Assembly (NCBI GenBank): GCA_000934665.2 | Contig: JYFJ02002175.1 | Span: forward strand, 1 to 61,692 | From: Catajapyx aquilonaris | Taxonomy: Eukaryota | Direction: 5' to 3' | Length of the DNA stretch: 61,692 bases | In this document: one piece after another, positions 22,599 to 34,550 of the stretch | How the letters are laid out: each line of letters opens with the position of its first letter | Position numbering within the stretch: position 1 is the first letter of the stretch | Program-made: the position numbers and the translations under genes | The notes under the pieces: model-generated | Database searches by the model: none | Seen by the model: the letters and a program-made list of their open reading frames with translations, nothing else | What the model was told of the DNA's origin: nothing

Positions 22599-22672
22599 AG
22601 CCACACATCTTGCTGTTCCGACGTCCTCTGCCAGAAGCAGAGCCATCTAGCAGTCGGTCATCAAGGGAATAA
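22599..22672 (+). CDS. Cks1: Cks1 coding exon 3 (completes an 86-aa protein)
   Basis: ttttcttgttgtttcag| then (G)AG CCA CAC ATC TTG CTG TTC CGA CGT CCT = EPHILLFRRP, the conserved Cks C-terminal strand; phase matches the donor at 8502; TAA at 22670-22672; AATAAA at 22938 and 23092. Confidence 0.96.
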
Positions 22673-22757
22673 GTGAAACTCCCAGCATATTCGGAACACA
22701 TTTAATTTATTGTCCTAATGAGGTGTGCTGCTATTTTTTATATGGACAATTTGACTT

Positions 22758-22819
22758 CCATGGGGTTCCAATGGTTCCAATCATGAGGTTCCAATGGTTC
22801 CAATCATGGGGTTCCAATG
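22758..22819 (+). repeat. Short tandem repeat of ggttccaat units in the Cks 3' UTR
   Basis: ggttccaat occurs five times in a ~23-bp higher-order unit. Confidence 0.85.
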
Positions 22820-23200
22820 TATTTTCCATGACGTAGAGTTCCACTAGGAACAGGCTTGTGGAAACGGCACGTTTCGTTCAGGAGGCAGTTCGGCAGCACT
22901 TGCTGGTGGCCTGGGAAGGCGGGTGGGCGGACTGGGGAATAAAATATTGTGTGAAGTCATGGTTTAAGATGTATGTTAACTGGAAATTGAAGAGACTTAC
23001 TCTCAGCGTACTTAACAAATGGGCATGCGTTCCAGCTGTATCGCCCATAGGCAGCACTGTTAGTGGTCTCATACATGTTGCTGAACTGTGGAATAAAGGA
23101 GTAAAGTTATGACAAACTATGGTCAATTTAAGCTTTTCATTCTAGTTTAACTTGGAAAGAAAATTCATAACCAGTGGATCTATTTTAAAAATCAGTTGTA

Positions 23201-23790
23201 CGACGGCCGTTCTAAAATGATTTAACAATTTATTTTTATGCACAAACACAGTGCCCGTACAGGTCGGCAGATAGTCACACATTATAGCTAGAATCTTCCT
23301 GGAGCCGAATGCACTACCACCACTGGTGTGTTAATCTCTCCAGGCCCTCCAGGAACCACTTTTTGGAGGTGCGACGCACCCAGTACCGGACAACTGTGCA
23401 CAATCAACAACATAAACAACTGTCAACAGTGTCCTCGAAATGGTGTCGGCGAAGTGTTTTTTTCGTGGATCTGGGTTTGGGTGTTTCCACACCCGCTGAA
23501 CTCAACCGGCTTGGCCCCCGGTGACTTTCACCTGTGCAGATCCATGAAAAAAACTCCTTCCCTGATGCAATTTCGAGGACATTGTTGACTGTAAGCAGTT
23601 GTCCGGGAGGGTGTGTGCTGAACCTCCAAAACGTGGTTCCTGGAGGGGCTGGAATGGTTGCCACACCCATGACTCCTGTTCATTCAGCTCCAGGAGGATT
23701 CTCTCGATAATTTGTGACTATCAGCCGACCTGTACAAGCACTGTATTTGTGGCAAAAAATAAATTGTAAATCATTTTAGTACGGCCCTGG
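23201..23790 (+). mobile_element. mariner-derived MITE
   Basis: TA|CGACGGCCGTTCTAAAATGATTT...AAATCATTTTAGTACGGCCCTGG|TA; core encodes STGLAPGDFHLCRSMKK, a decayed mariner SPDLAPSDFHLF motif. Confidence 0.8.
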
Positions 23791-24602
23791 TATAATGTCA
23801 TAGGGTTGGGCAATATCTATATAGACCAGCCCCCGGACACTTATAGTACATTCTGATCTTATCGCCTGCCGGGGAGTTTTGCAGGGGGTGCTCACCTGAG
23901 AGCGCCATGAGACATTTCAGAGCACTGGTATGTGGCGACCCTACCGTACTACGCTGAACTTTATAGGTAATAATAATAATAATAAATAATAATCCGGGTA
24001 GTGCACGAACTCCTTACGAGTTATATGGCACGGACCTTGATTACTCATATACATTAGTATACATCAGGACCTGATAACGTAACGCCCGGGCCCACGGGCA
24101 GGATGACAGGAGGGGATGTGCAAGGTGCAGTGCAATGTCTTAACATGGTCATTTTTAGTGAACTCCCCCGGGTGGTTTAGTCTGTGGAAATACCACCCGA
24201 GACGAAGCCAGAGGTGACCCTGAACTCTGCACAAGACGAAGGGGGTGTCCCCGGGCTGGGGTCGAACCCGGGACCTTAACATCCGTGGGCGCATACGTTA
24301 CCGCAGCACCACTCCGCCTCCCCCTGAACTTTATAGGTACAAAAGGGAAGCGCTACACTGGGGGACCCAACATGGTCGCCGGGGGCCATGTTGGGCCCGC
24401 ATGTAGCGCTTCCCTTTTGTACCTATAAAGTTCAGCGTAGTTCGGTAGGGTCGCCACATACCAGTGCTCTGAAATGTCTCGTGGCTCTCTCAGGTGAGCA
24501 CCCTATGCAAAACGCCCCGGCAGGGGGTGGGTGGGAGTGACCAGACCTGAGTATTCTAAGATCATGATGATTATAGACATTGCCCAACCCTATGACATTA
24601 TA
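23791..24602. mobile_element. Palindromic MITE interrupted by a SINE
   Basis: tataatgtcatagggttgggcaat...attgcccaaccctatgacattata termini. Confidence 0.85.
23970..24323 (-). mobile_element. tRNA-derived SINE (family with a copy at 37983-38352)
   Basis: 16-bp TSD ctgaactttataggta (23954-23969, 24324-24339); minus-strand head ggggaggcggagtggtgctgcggt with B box ggttcgaccc; (TTA)n tail. Confidence 0.92.
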
Positions 24603-24713
24603 CAGCTGATACTGCCATCGCCATTGTTGCAGCTTTCCAGATGTGAGAAAATTGAATTGTATCACTACTTCGTACCATGAAGTTTGCAATGCATTTACAA
24701 GGGTTGGACAAAG

Positions 24714-24838
24714 TAATGGGGCCCTCTGCAAAAAGCGGGTAAATTTTCTCATCCATTGTACTCGAAAACTGGAAAGGTGACAGTTTTTGAGTACAATGGA
24801 TGACAAAATTCACCCCCTTTTTGCAGGAGGCCCCATTA
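24714..24838. mobile_element. Small hairpin MITE (Harbinger-like)
   Basis: taatggggccctctgcaaaaag...ttttttgcaggaggccccatta. Confidence 0.7.
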
Positions 24839-24988
24839 TTTTGTCTAACCCTTGTTACATGCACATTCATGTGATTCAGTGACATTCTTTCTGTATGATG
24901 ATCAGTTTCATCAGACTTCATTGGCACTGTAGCTGATTTGTTGTGTTCATTTTCAATTAATATTATATTGCTGTTGCTCCACCTTTGA

Positions 24989-25106
24989 TGGAATTTTCGT
25001 TCCACTGCCAGTTACTGCTAACTTAGCAGTCCCAGAGAGAGAGGCAGAGTGTTGGGAATATGGCACTGCTAAGTTAACAGTAACTAGTAGTGGGACGAAA
25101 ATTCCA
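24989..25106. mobile_element. Small hairpin MITE
   Basis: tggaattttcgttccactgccagttactgctaacttagcagt mirrored by actgctaagttaacagtaactagtagtgggacgaaaattcca. Confidence 0.7.
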
Positions 25107-25870
25107 CTCCTTGTCATTAGGTATTTGAAATTTGACAGTTTCATGCTGGCTGTTAGTAATCGTCCTGAATAATATAACATATAGGGCTTTCCTCATCCCA
25201 GAGCATTGTCTTTCAGCAAAGATTTACAGTGATTCATTATACACTTGCTATGAGTTCTCCCCTTCACTCTTTTTCTTCCTATCTCCCCCCTCCCCTCCCC
25301 CCATTACCAGAGGAAGACTGAAGTGATACGATTCATTTCATCATCATGCCGATTACACTGCCGCAATGGCATTTTGTTAGATTTATGATGTGCAACTTGG
25401 TCTGATAGCAGGTCTCCAAAAATCGGTCAAAAATCCCAATTCCGAAGGTGCATTGAAAGGTAGTCTCAGGCAAGAGGTTTGGGTTGGGGAAAGTGGATTG
25501 TCTGCAGCAGTGGGTTTATCAGGTGAAGGGATAGCTACTGATGTGTCTGCAGCTAACTGGGCATTTCCTTGAGAGAGAGAGTGAGTTGGAATCAGAGATG
25601 GTCACTTTGGGGTTGACTTGAAATTATATGATTTCTTGAAAATATCCCTTGGCCACTTCCTACATGGAAATGGCACTATCTAGTGGACAACAGGTTCCCT
25701 CCCAACTTGCCCTCTTGCCTTGGGGTTACATTTCAGTTCTAAGATATAAACATGTTGCGTCCTTCTTGCCAAATTTTTAGAGGCCAACTTGCAAATTGAG
25801 TACAGTGTCCCTTGAAGGCAATATTTGTTAGTTCATTATTTTGGGAAACTCAATGTTGAATGCTATTATA

Positions 25871-26405
25871 CAGGGTGAAGCTTACTAGTCAGTCAAGCCA
25901 CAAGTGGCATATTTCTTGGCCCAAACCAAGTCTAAAATGTAGGGGGGAGAAATGTCGAGGGACCAACCAGCAGCGAGGTAGAGAACCAGAAACATTGGCC
26001 TGCCCCTAAACACATGCTGCAACACACTCGACGCCTCTTTGCAGGGAGATCTCCTGGCAGATGGACCCTTGCACCTCACAGGCATTGCCTAGGGAGCAGG
26101 ATATGAGCGTGATAATAGATTCTGCAAAAGAGGCAATCTTGCAAACTACTACAGTCATAATTATCAAGCTCATATTTTGCTTCCTAGGCAGCCCCTGTAA
26201 AGCACGTGCGACCACCTGACAGGAGATCTCCCTACAAAGAGACAACTTGTGTGTTGCCACGTGTGTCTAGGGGTAGGCCAATGTTACTGGTCATCTACCT
26301 CGGTACAGGTTGGTCGATCAACATTTCTCCCCCCTACATTTTAGACTTGGTTTGGGCCAAGGAATACACCACCACCAGCTTGACCTACTAGTAAAAAACA
26401 CTCTG
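25871..26405. mobile_element. Tc1/mariner-type MITE
   Basis: TA|CAGGGTG..tactagt..ttggcccaaaccaagtctaaaatgtaggggggagaaatg mirrored at about 26322-26405. Confidence 0.85.
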
Positions 26406-27064
26406 TATAGGTTAACTATTTCTCTCTGCATTATGAAGCACATCCAGTTGTCCAAAATAGACAGCTCAGCCAAGGACAACAGTTCATAGTCTCTGTTTTA
26501 TGAACATTCCACCATCTCATTCCAACCTCACTTTATTACTATTCAGTACCGGTATGTATGAATACTTGAATAATGGAACCTTACACTAGTGGCTAATATT
26601 TTTGATAACTACTTCAATAACAGTTTGAAAGTAACTGCTTAAGCCAGTAGGTGCAAAAAAATTATTGACCACTATCGGTACTGACATTTCAATTGGAACA
26701 TTGTATATGAGGCGGTGTCCACTTATGCAGTGTTTTCCAATTGAATTGTCCAGAGCGGTTAACAATTTTTTGCACCAAGTTTCTTATTATTAGAGAACAG
26801 ATTTCTAGGTGTTTACCTACTTTTTATTTTGTAGGCAGAACACCGGAACCAAAATATCTATCCTTTTCATAACACAAGGACTTCAAAAATCGTAGTTTTA
26901 TAGAACCTAAAATTGCCTATTTCGGGCTTTGAACCTAAATTGCCTATTATCACCTATTTCCACCTTTTTGACACCACTTTGAAATATTTTCAAGAGATTT
27001 TGCGGGTTTTCCGTTCAAGGCATCCCATCTGCCTCAACCTGTGAAGGGCGAAGAAGCTGTAGGC

Positions 27065-27235
27065 ATGCTGGATGAACTGACTGTTGAAGAAACTCTTTTC
27101 AAGTATGATCCAGTTACTTCGTGTGAAGTCGAAAGGTCATTTTTAGCATATAAGATGTATTGTCAGACAGGCGTCAATGAATAACTGCGATTAAACAACG
27201 AAAATATGGAACAACTGCTAGTTAGTTGTTGTGCT
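27065..27235 (+). pseudogene. hAT-type transposase C-terminal (dimerisation region) remnant
   Basis: LDELTVEETLFKYDPVTSCEVERSFLAYK..LSDRRQ..NENMEQLLV resembles the arthropod FKYAPVTSCDVERSFS..K..LSDRR motif; frameshifted; flanked by gaacctaaa subterminal repeats (about 26870-27390). Confidence 0.75.
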
Positions 27236-28038
27236 GCAAAATTCCATGGCCAAGAGTATAGGATGTTGAAATTAATTAGGACCTTCTTGATTTTTACTGG
27301 CTATTAAGAGCCAATTTTGACTGTTTCAGGGCCTCAATGCCTAACTATTTGAGGGTTTTTTAGAACCTAAAAATCCGATCCGTACTTATTATAAGTGGTT
27401 ACTTTTAATCAGCTCCTTTTCGAAATTATCTCAAATATTCTAAAATCTGATTATTAAATAAAATTGGTTCATCTTGGGTTCATCATTTTAAAGTAATACT
27501 AGAAAAACCCTCGCTACACTCGCATTTTTCTGTGGTGCAGGTGTAGAAAACCACTTGCTACGCTCGCTTTTTCTAGGCCTGTGGCCTGCAGTGCCCACCA
27601 TATTTTTAATCGCTTCAGACTTATAGCCAGTGATGATGCCCATACCCCAATCATATGCATAACCCCCACCCCCACCCATTCCTCCGTGCATTCACATATC
27701 CGTGAATCTGTACCCTGCAACCCATCTGCAATCCCACCTTTGTATTGGCTGTGAAATATGCATTTGCCCACCTCAACATACCCATACCTTTAAAATTAAA
27801 AAACAAAAACAAATATTGCATGAACGGAAATTTACAACCTCTACCGCCTCTACTCGCATGGACTCACACATGTATCTGAATTATACGTGCACTTTCCGAC
27901 CACGTTTTTCTAACTGCTCATATAACTCCCCTTTATTATGAACGTCCATGGAACTTGGCAGTGTTTGTATTAGATGATCAAAAACTGGTTTTATTCTTCC
28001 TGACCCTTTCTTTTGACATACTGGGCCTATCCCCTGGT

Positions 28039-28113
28039 TCAATGTTGAAAATTGCGCCCAATCCTGCTTACCAACTCCTCGCGGGGGTGCCAGTAAGGAC
28101 CTCGTTTAAAAAA
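28039..28113 (-). CDS. CFAP68: CFAP68/C11orf1-like, downstream coding exon
   Basis: aatttcag|FFKRGPYWHPREEL, phase 0 and in frame with the upstream exon, resembles the FKREPHWFP..QPEL segment of C11orf1. It either reads on to TGA at 28039-28041 or splices at a gtaagc donor after 28072. Confidence 0.55.
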   Translation of the reverse strand, partial: FFKRGPYWHPREELVSRIGRNFQH

Positions 28114-28242
28114 CTGAAATTATTTTACTGTGAGTACGTTGCTAAACTCAGCGCTGTCAGCACTGCTCTGACGGCACAAGTTAAAATCCCATATCTTCGA
28201 AAATCACGTAATTGGAAATAAATTTTCCAATATGCATATATA

Positions 28243-28698
28243 CAGGGTGAAGGGAAACTCGCGCCCAATCGCCAGATAGACTGATAGTACTCGCAAAACT
28301 AATATAGGGATGTGCAATTAGTTTTTGGTGCCAGTGCGTAGTTAATGCGTGTATGGCACCTTTAAAGTGTAGAGTGCCAGGTGGTAAAATATGAGGTACA
28401 AATGACAAAGTGCATGGGTGTGACACCCAGATTGTTACTCTGATGGGATTTGATCGCTTATTGCACAATGCACATGGATGATGTGTTAGGGGACCAAGGC
28501 TGGATTATTTGGAGGCCCTAGAGCTGACTTTTGCTTCTTTGAAACAGGCGGAGCGGATGTGACGTCACGAAACTTTAAAGGCGTCATATGCATTAACTAT
28601 GCTACAGCGCCCAAAACTAATAATTGCATATCCCTATATTAGTTTTGCAAGTACTATCAGTCTACCTGGCAATTGGGCACAAGTTTCCCTTCAGCCTG
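28243..28698. mobile_element. Tc1/mariner-type MITE in the CFAP68 intron
   Basis: TA|CAGGGTGAAGGGAAACT..agactgatagtact..caaaactaatatagggat mirrored at about 28613-28698. Confidence 0.85.
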
Positions 28699-28832
28699 AA
28701 TATTCACAATAGTAATAAAAGGCTAGACATGCTAAATGAGGTGTAATGGTTCTAGATATATTGAATTGCTGAAGTACTTCCTTAGTGATTCTACAGATCT
28801 TCTAAGCATACTTTAAAACACAGATCTTATGT

Positions 28833-29059
28833 GCAGGCAAAACCTCATATCTACAAAAATTAAATTTCACAGGAGGGAGAAATAAACATGCGCATATGCT
28901 TATGCATAATGTGAAAATATATAACCATTTCGGTATTCACCGGTACTGCATATGTAGAACTGAAATAGTTATATTTTTCACGTTATTTGTAAGCATATGC
29001 ACATGTTTATTTCTCCCACCTGTGAAATTTGATATTTGTAGATACGAGGTTTTGCCTGC
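28833..29059. mobile_element. Palindromic MITE in the CFAP68 intron
   Basis: gcaggcaaaacctcatatctacaaa...tttgtagatacgaggttttgcctgc. Confidence 0.8.
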
Positions 29060-29127
29060 CCACTCTCAATTTGTTACTGCACATGATCCTAGAAGATGCT
29101 ATATTGAGGCATGCTGAAATATCATAC

Positions 29128-29397
29128 CTGTCCTAGTATGGTCCCACGGGGAATCTTGATGTACTTTGTCTCATGTCGCTCTTCAAGCCAGTTACCAACA
29201 AGGGTTTCTGGGGTGTATGAGCTCTCAGTTTTGTAGTTCCTCCAGCCAAACTCTTTGAACTTGCTGATTTCTGGGTATGGGCTGTCATCCCAGGGCTTGC
29301 ATGAACCACTGGCCCTCACATCCCCAGCCAGGCATGGCAGCTGGGGAACAGGTGGGCAGAGGTTGGCTTCTAAATGGAATTTCAGATTTATCTCCAT
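29128..29397 (-). CDS. CFAP68: CFAP68/C11orf1 (UPF0686)-like ciliary microtubule inner protein, main coding exon
   Basis: ttccacag|ATG...GQ|gtatga; VRASGSCKPWDD..SKFKEFGWR..ESSYTPETLVGNWLEER matches the recalled C11orf1 pattern V.A.G...W....SKF...GWR....Y...TL.GNW..ER. Confidence 0.8.
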
Positions 29398-29601
29398 CTG
29401 TGGAATGTTGGAGAGGACTGTTTGGAAGTAACTATGGCAGTATATTATTTAAGCAGGGTAGGCAACAGGTAAAGGCTGGGGGAGGGGCTTGAGGTGAGGG
29501 GGCATTCATGCCTTTTCAAGTTACACTTCCGCTGACATTATAGAGTGCAAGTAAATATTTAAAAATGTAACACTCAAAAGTCCAGCAAAGTATTAGACAA
29601 A

Positions 29602-29851
29602 TGAAGACCTCGGGGGAAGAACGATCAAGGCCTACCTCAGGTGAAACGGAAATATTCCAATTTTAAATTTCGAAGGCCCATAAGGTTCCATTGTAAATCC
29701 CACTTTCGGGGCTTTCCGTTGTGACCTATGATCATTACTTCACAACCACGACCAAACCATCATATTCTACACTAGTGAAAGTATCTTCTGAGATATGTAA
29801 CTCATTTTTGACAAAACGTGGACCTTGATCGTTCTTCCCCCAAGGTCATCA
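29602..29851. mobile_element. TIR MITE
   Basis: tgaagacctcgggggaagaacgatcaagg...ccttgatcgttcttcccccaaggtcatca; a related end lies at about 17640-17690. Confidence 0.7.
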
Positions 29852-30590
29852 TAATAATGACTGCCCAAGTGCAGGTGATTAACTTGCTTGCCTCGTGGAA
29901 TGCCATCATTTGAGAACAGATTGATCCAACTGTGCATAATTATCATGCCTTATCCAATGAGAAGATTGTTGGTGTTTGTTGGCACCATAAGAAAGTAATG
30001 GGATAAATTAATAACATGCTTCTCAATATTGCAGATAAAGGTTAAGGATGTCAGTTATGAGCCACATGAAAGAATCAGTCAAAAAGTATATGGCATTTAT
30101 TATTTATCACTGCCCATGCAACCAGAGATGATGTGGAATGAGTACCATAGGCAACATTGTGTGGGGTGAGAATTACAAGGTTGTAACTACATGGGATTTT
30201 CATTGCAGTTACAACCTAGTAATTCTCACCCCGCGATTGGGCAACTGTGCCCAGCTGGAGGATTGAAATATTTGTCACGTGGTCACGTTGATGCTTTATT
30301 TTTTAGGCGACATACCCAAGGGTACTCTAGGTTTGAACAAAGACCTAGTCAGTCATGCAGTGAGTCCTGGACATGGTAACAAAATAGCATGTGGAACTGA
30401 TATTACTGGGAGGTCATTCATAACATTGGATGACCTGTTCATGGGCAACAATCACCATGACTTTATTAGCAGTTCTCTCATATATGAAATCACAGGTGCT
30501 ATGTTGATACTGAAAGGAACTACAATGAGGGTGATCAGCATTACCAAGAAGAATGTGTCTAAGGAGAGGGCACTTCTCTTTTTGCAGGTA

Positions 30591-30804
30591 CAGTTGTGAG
30601 GGTAAAGATGTGGGCGGTAGACCAGAGCTCCTCCTCTGCCTGGGGATGGGGGCTCCCCACACGACCCCCCCCCCCGCCCCTCACCAACACCCCTAGGGTA
30701 GGCCTACATGCCGAGAAAACTGTGTTGATAGTGTAATGGTGACGCTGGCAGCTCCTCTACTAGCAAGGGGAGTACTACCGTCCACATCTTTATGCTCACC
30801 ACTG
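30591..30804. mobile_element. Degenerate hAT-like MITE
   Basis: cagttgtgagggtaaagatgtgggcggtag ... ctaccgtccacatctttatgctcaccactg. Confidence 0.6.
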
Positions 30805-30945
30805 TAATCCTTAAGGGTCTTCACTTTCAGGTTCACGAAGCTGCAAACAGTTGCAATGATTGCTTCTCTACAGGGTGAGTTACCCGATAGGTGATAGTTT
30901 CTATTAACAATAACTGAGCTACGTGGACACTGGAGAAGTCATTAA

Positions 30946-31419
30946 CCCTTAACTACGTAGGTGGGTGAAACACCTTTAACTACGTAGGTGGAGCCTGAGA
31001 GGCTCCAACGGTATATTTAAATTTCTGCTTATCAACTAAATTGTTATATTGGACTTTTCACATACAGAAAGTGCAGTTCAGATCATTAGGCTTCCGAAAA
31101 CGTAAAAATCACACGCTGAGTCAGCATATTCCGACAGGGAAAATTTCTTAATTAAAAGGTTACATCATGTGTTTGAGCCGCTCAGGCTTCACCTGAGATA
31201 CAGAGCCTGAGCGGTTCCAGGAGGGACCTGTTCCTCGTTACGAATTTTTTTTAACCAAAGAATAGGGACAAAAAAAAAATTTCTTTCCTTTTCATGCTTA
31301 GGAAGGTTTTTCTGACAAAGTCACGGAAGGACAGGGGAAAATAAAATTCAATGAAAAAGTTACATGCGTTTAAAAAATAGTGCTTGGAGCCTCTCAGGCT
31401 CCACCTACGTAGTTAAGGG
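30946..31419. mobile_element. piggyBac-type MITE
   Basis: TTAA|CCCTTAACTACGTAGGTGG...CCACCTACGTAGTTAAGGG|TTAA; subterminal gagcctgagaggctcc repeats. Confidence 0.92.
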
Positions 31420-31531
31420 TTAACATTATAACTTTTCTGTTTCTAAAAGGTTTTATGTAACTTGCAGTAACTGCTACTGTTACTGACATTATAGGCAAGT
31501 AGCGGTTTCTATCTATTGTGGTGGACTTGCT

Positions 31532-31873
31532 TGGGCCCTTCGTAACCACAGGTTCTGCATCCACAGATTCATATGACTGTGGTTCGAAAATAATTGCTGA
31601 AAACCTTTTTTGCATAAATTTCCAAAAGACAAAACTTGAATTTGCCATGCGCCAAGCAATACAGCACAGTATAACAACAATAATATTTACGTATAGCAGT
31701 TGCATTGCGATATGTACCAGTATTATGTGAGTATATGTAATATAGAGAGGATTTAAAGTATATGAATGGAAGTGCACAGGTTGTGTGCAAATACGTAAAC
31801 GTCATTTTATGTAAAGGACAGATTTTAGTAACTGCAGAAAATCCTAGAACCTGCTGATTCGAAGGGCCCACTG
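31532..31873 (+). mobile_element. Tigger-family MITE resembling MER2
   Basis: gggcccttcg...cgaagggcccactg|ta termini; internal ttccaaaagacaaaacttgaatttgcc, gatttaaagtata, aggttgtgtgcaaatac, cattttatgtaaaggac in the order recalled for the MER2/MER2B consensus. Confidence 0.7.
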
Positions 31874-32252
31874 TAGTTCCTAAACTTTTCTTTCAGGTGA
31901 AGGAGGGCCTCCAGACCACTGTCTTATTATGGTACTATACCACCATTTTCACACTCTTAAAGTACATGGTGATCCAATAGGCCCAAACCATTTGAGACCA
32001 GTATTTGCAGACCTTTCGTTGAAGTTCAGAATGTTAGGAGGCAAAGATGCCACTTAATTTGGTACCAAAGTTATGCTTGCTTCTCAATATTGGTATTAAA
32101 TAGGAGTTATTTTTATTAAAAATCAAGGGCAAGGGTTGGGAATTCTCATATAAGTAAACTAAAAACATGCAGAAATAAAGTATGAAATTTGGCATTTTGT
32201 AGCAGTATCAGTATGCAGAGTCTGCCTTTCTGTCATTTGCTATACCGGTATA

Positions 32253-32484
32253 CCAGGTGTTCCAAGTATGCAGGTTACTTTAGTTACGGTATAGGAAATT
32301 TTGCTCGAATCTGTTCTTTTTTAAATAGCTTGTTGTGCCCTGATCCACATGCCATATTATAGAGCAACTGCTACATTCGACCACCTGGGATACCTGGATC
32401 GGGGTGACAAGCTACACAAAAATAACAACTTTGGGTGATATCGGTGATAACTAAAAATGACTCTGATACTGTGGGAACACCCTG
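32253..32484. mobile_element. Degenerate Tc1/mariner-type MITE
   Basis: ta|ccaggtgttcc...ggaacaccctg|ta. Confidence 0.55.
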
Positions 32485-34429
32485 TAGGAGTAACACCTAT
32501 TGGTAACAGTCCCTGTAAGTAGCATAAACCAGGCATAAATGTGTCTGTAATATAAATTATCTTTGCTCCTGGCAGAGGATTTTCAATGAAGTTTTGTAAT
32601 AAACATAATATAAATTAATTATTATGCCTGTTCAGGAAAATTCTGCAAACTGCTTGGAACTACAGTATAATTGGTATATTTTGCTACTGTTCCATCTGCC
32701 TTATAATGACAGAAAGAGAAAACATGATGGCTAAAACCCACCAATTTTTAAGGTTCACTCACATCCCTAGTTCTCATGCCCATTTAAACCATGGAAATAT
32801 CACATCCTGGCTCTTAAAAGCATGTGAACATTAATGCATCCTAAGTTTTAGTTAAGAAAATGCCAGCATGTTGTATTTTGCCCAGGAAAAGTTAAAGACA
32901 CCTTCCGTAGGTTTCTTTTTATGTCACAAGAATGCTCTATCCAGTTGCCAAGTACAGTACAATACTACAAATGTGTATGTCCGTATGATAACAACTAGGC
33001 CCTAAGTAATGCATTTGAGTGCCAAGGAAAGAAACCTCGAAAGAGTTTCCTAACTTCTCTCTGCAGATATACTACCTTAAACTCTTAAAGACTTAACAGC
33101 ACTTAAAATTGATACAAAAATTATTTCTGAGTGTGCATTGGTTTGTAACAGGCATGTTTTAAAACTTGTCACTCTGGAAATTAAGCAGATGTGCCAATTA
33201 ATTTATGCTTAATTTGCAGATGCACTTGTAAGAAACCCTGTATGTAGATATGTTCTGAAACAGTAAACTTGCTACTTGCCTGCATGCTGCTATAAATTCT
33301 GCAAGACACCTTATTACAGTCGATTTACTGCTGTCGACAATGGAGTCAAAGTTGCCATGGATATTGACTACACAAGTGTAAGCAAGTAAAGTACAGGGTG
33401 ACTATAGTCAGGATAGGTAATTGGGTTGTATTGTTGGTTTTCAGTTGTGCCAGCTCCAAGTGCCAACCTTACCAACTCATCCTTTACTGACTGGCAACAA
33501 TCTTTTATCTGTCACAACTGGAAACCAACAATACAATCCAATTAAGCTACCTATGTATCCTGAGTTTAGAGTCACCCTGCATTTTTTTCCTGTTAGTTGA
33601 TGATTCCTCGATTGAAAACTATTTAAAATTATTGGGATATGAAATGATGCAGTACTGTATGTACCACTTGTCTGAAGTTGTATCATAGGCAACCTATATG
33701 GATAATAGCAGAAATAGAGCCATTTGGGACAGCATGGTGAAAATATTGTAAGCAAAATGCCCTATGATCAGCAACTTAGGCAATCAATAGGCTAATTTCG
33801 GTTTCTTTTGCTATGGTGTGTATGATGGAGGCTACAATATTGTTTGTAAAACATTTTGAGCCTTTTGTGTTTTGTCTTCTTTCATGGCATTATACCATGT
33901 CAGGTTGTCTTTAATGCCTTGAAATGTTCCAGCTATTCCCGCTATCCCGCATCAACATGGCCATTGACACAATCTATATACTGGGTGTTCCTGTTGAAAT
34001 GCTTCTTCTAGTTAGCAGTTTTGAACTATAATTAGTGGCTTATTTTTAACCACTTTTTTGAGTAATTACTTTTAGTGGTTAGCAGAAGTATTATACCTGA
34101 TAAATATTAGACCAAATTGGGTCATCTACCCAAGCTCTGAATTGCAATGAATTGCTGATGGAAGTGTCGATTGGAATGTTTGGCATCAATGACAATCAAT
34201 GACAGAAATCATAGGTCAGACTCAACTCAATATTACCAATTAATAATACTTCATAACCACTAAGAGTAGCTATTTTTTTAAACTGCTTAGAAATAAGCAC
34301 CTTAATACAAAAATATTGAGCATTGTTGTGGTTGAAATTGAAAGTTGTTATTAGGATTTTACATGAATGGCCTGCAGCCTTTTAGGGGATCCCTTACACC
34401 TGTATTTATTCATATGGCTGTGCTGCTGA

Positions 34430-34550
34430 TGGATTTTGATTGTGGGAGGACGCAGGAGAACCCTGAAAAATCCCATACAACTATGGAGAGAATCTCAAAG
34501 ACCACAAAGGTGAAAAGGCTGTGATGCTAACCACTACACCAGTGTGCTAC
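34430..34550 (-). mobile_element. Old SINE fragment (V/Meta-core-like)
   Basis: tgtgggaggacgcaggagaaccctgaaaaatccca...ggagagaa...gctaaccactacacc is a decayed form of a common SINE core plus tRNA head. Confidence 0.45.

Noticed and set aside
22758..22819. Short repeats as a CRISPR-like array
   Set aside because: 9-bp units without unique spacers, eukaryotic 3' UTR, no cas genes
24598..25620. Protein-like minus-strand frames as further CFAP68 exons or a pseudogene
   Set aside because: Multiple stops, interrupted by MITEs, no recognisable motif or clean splice sites
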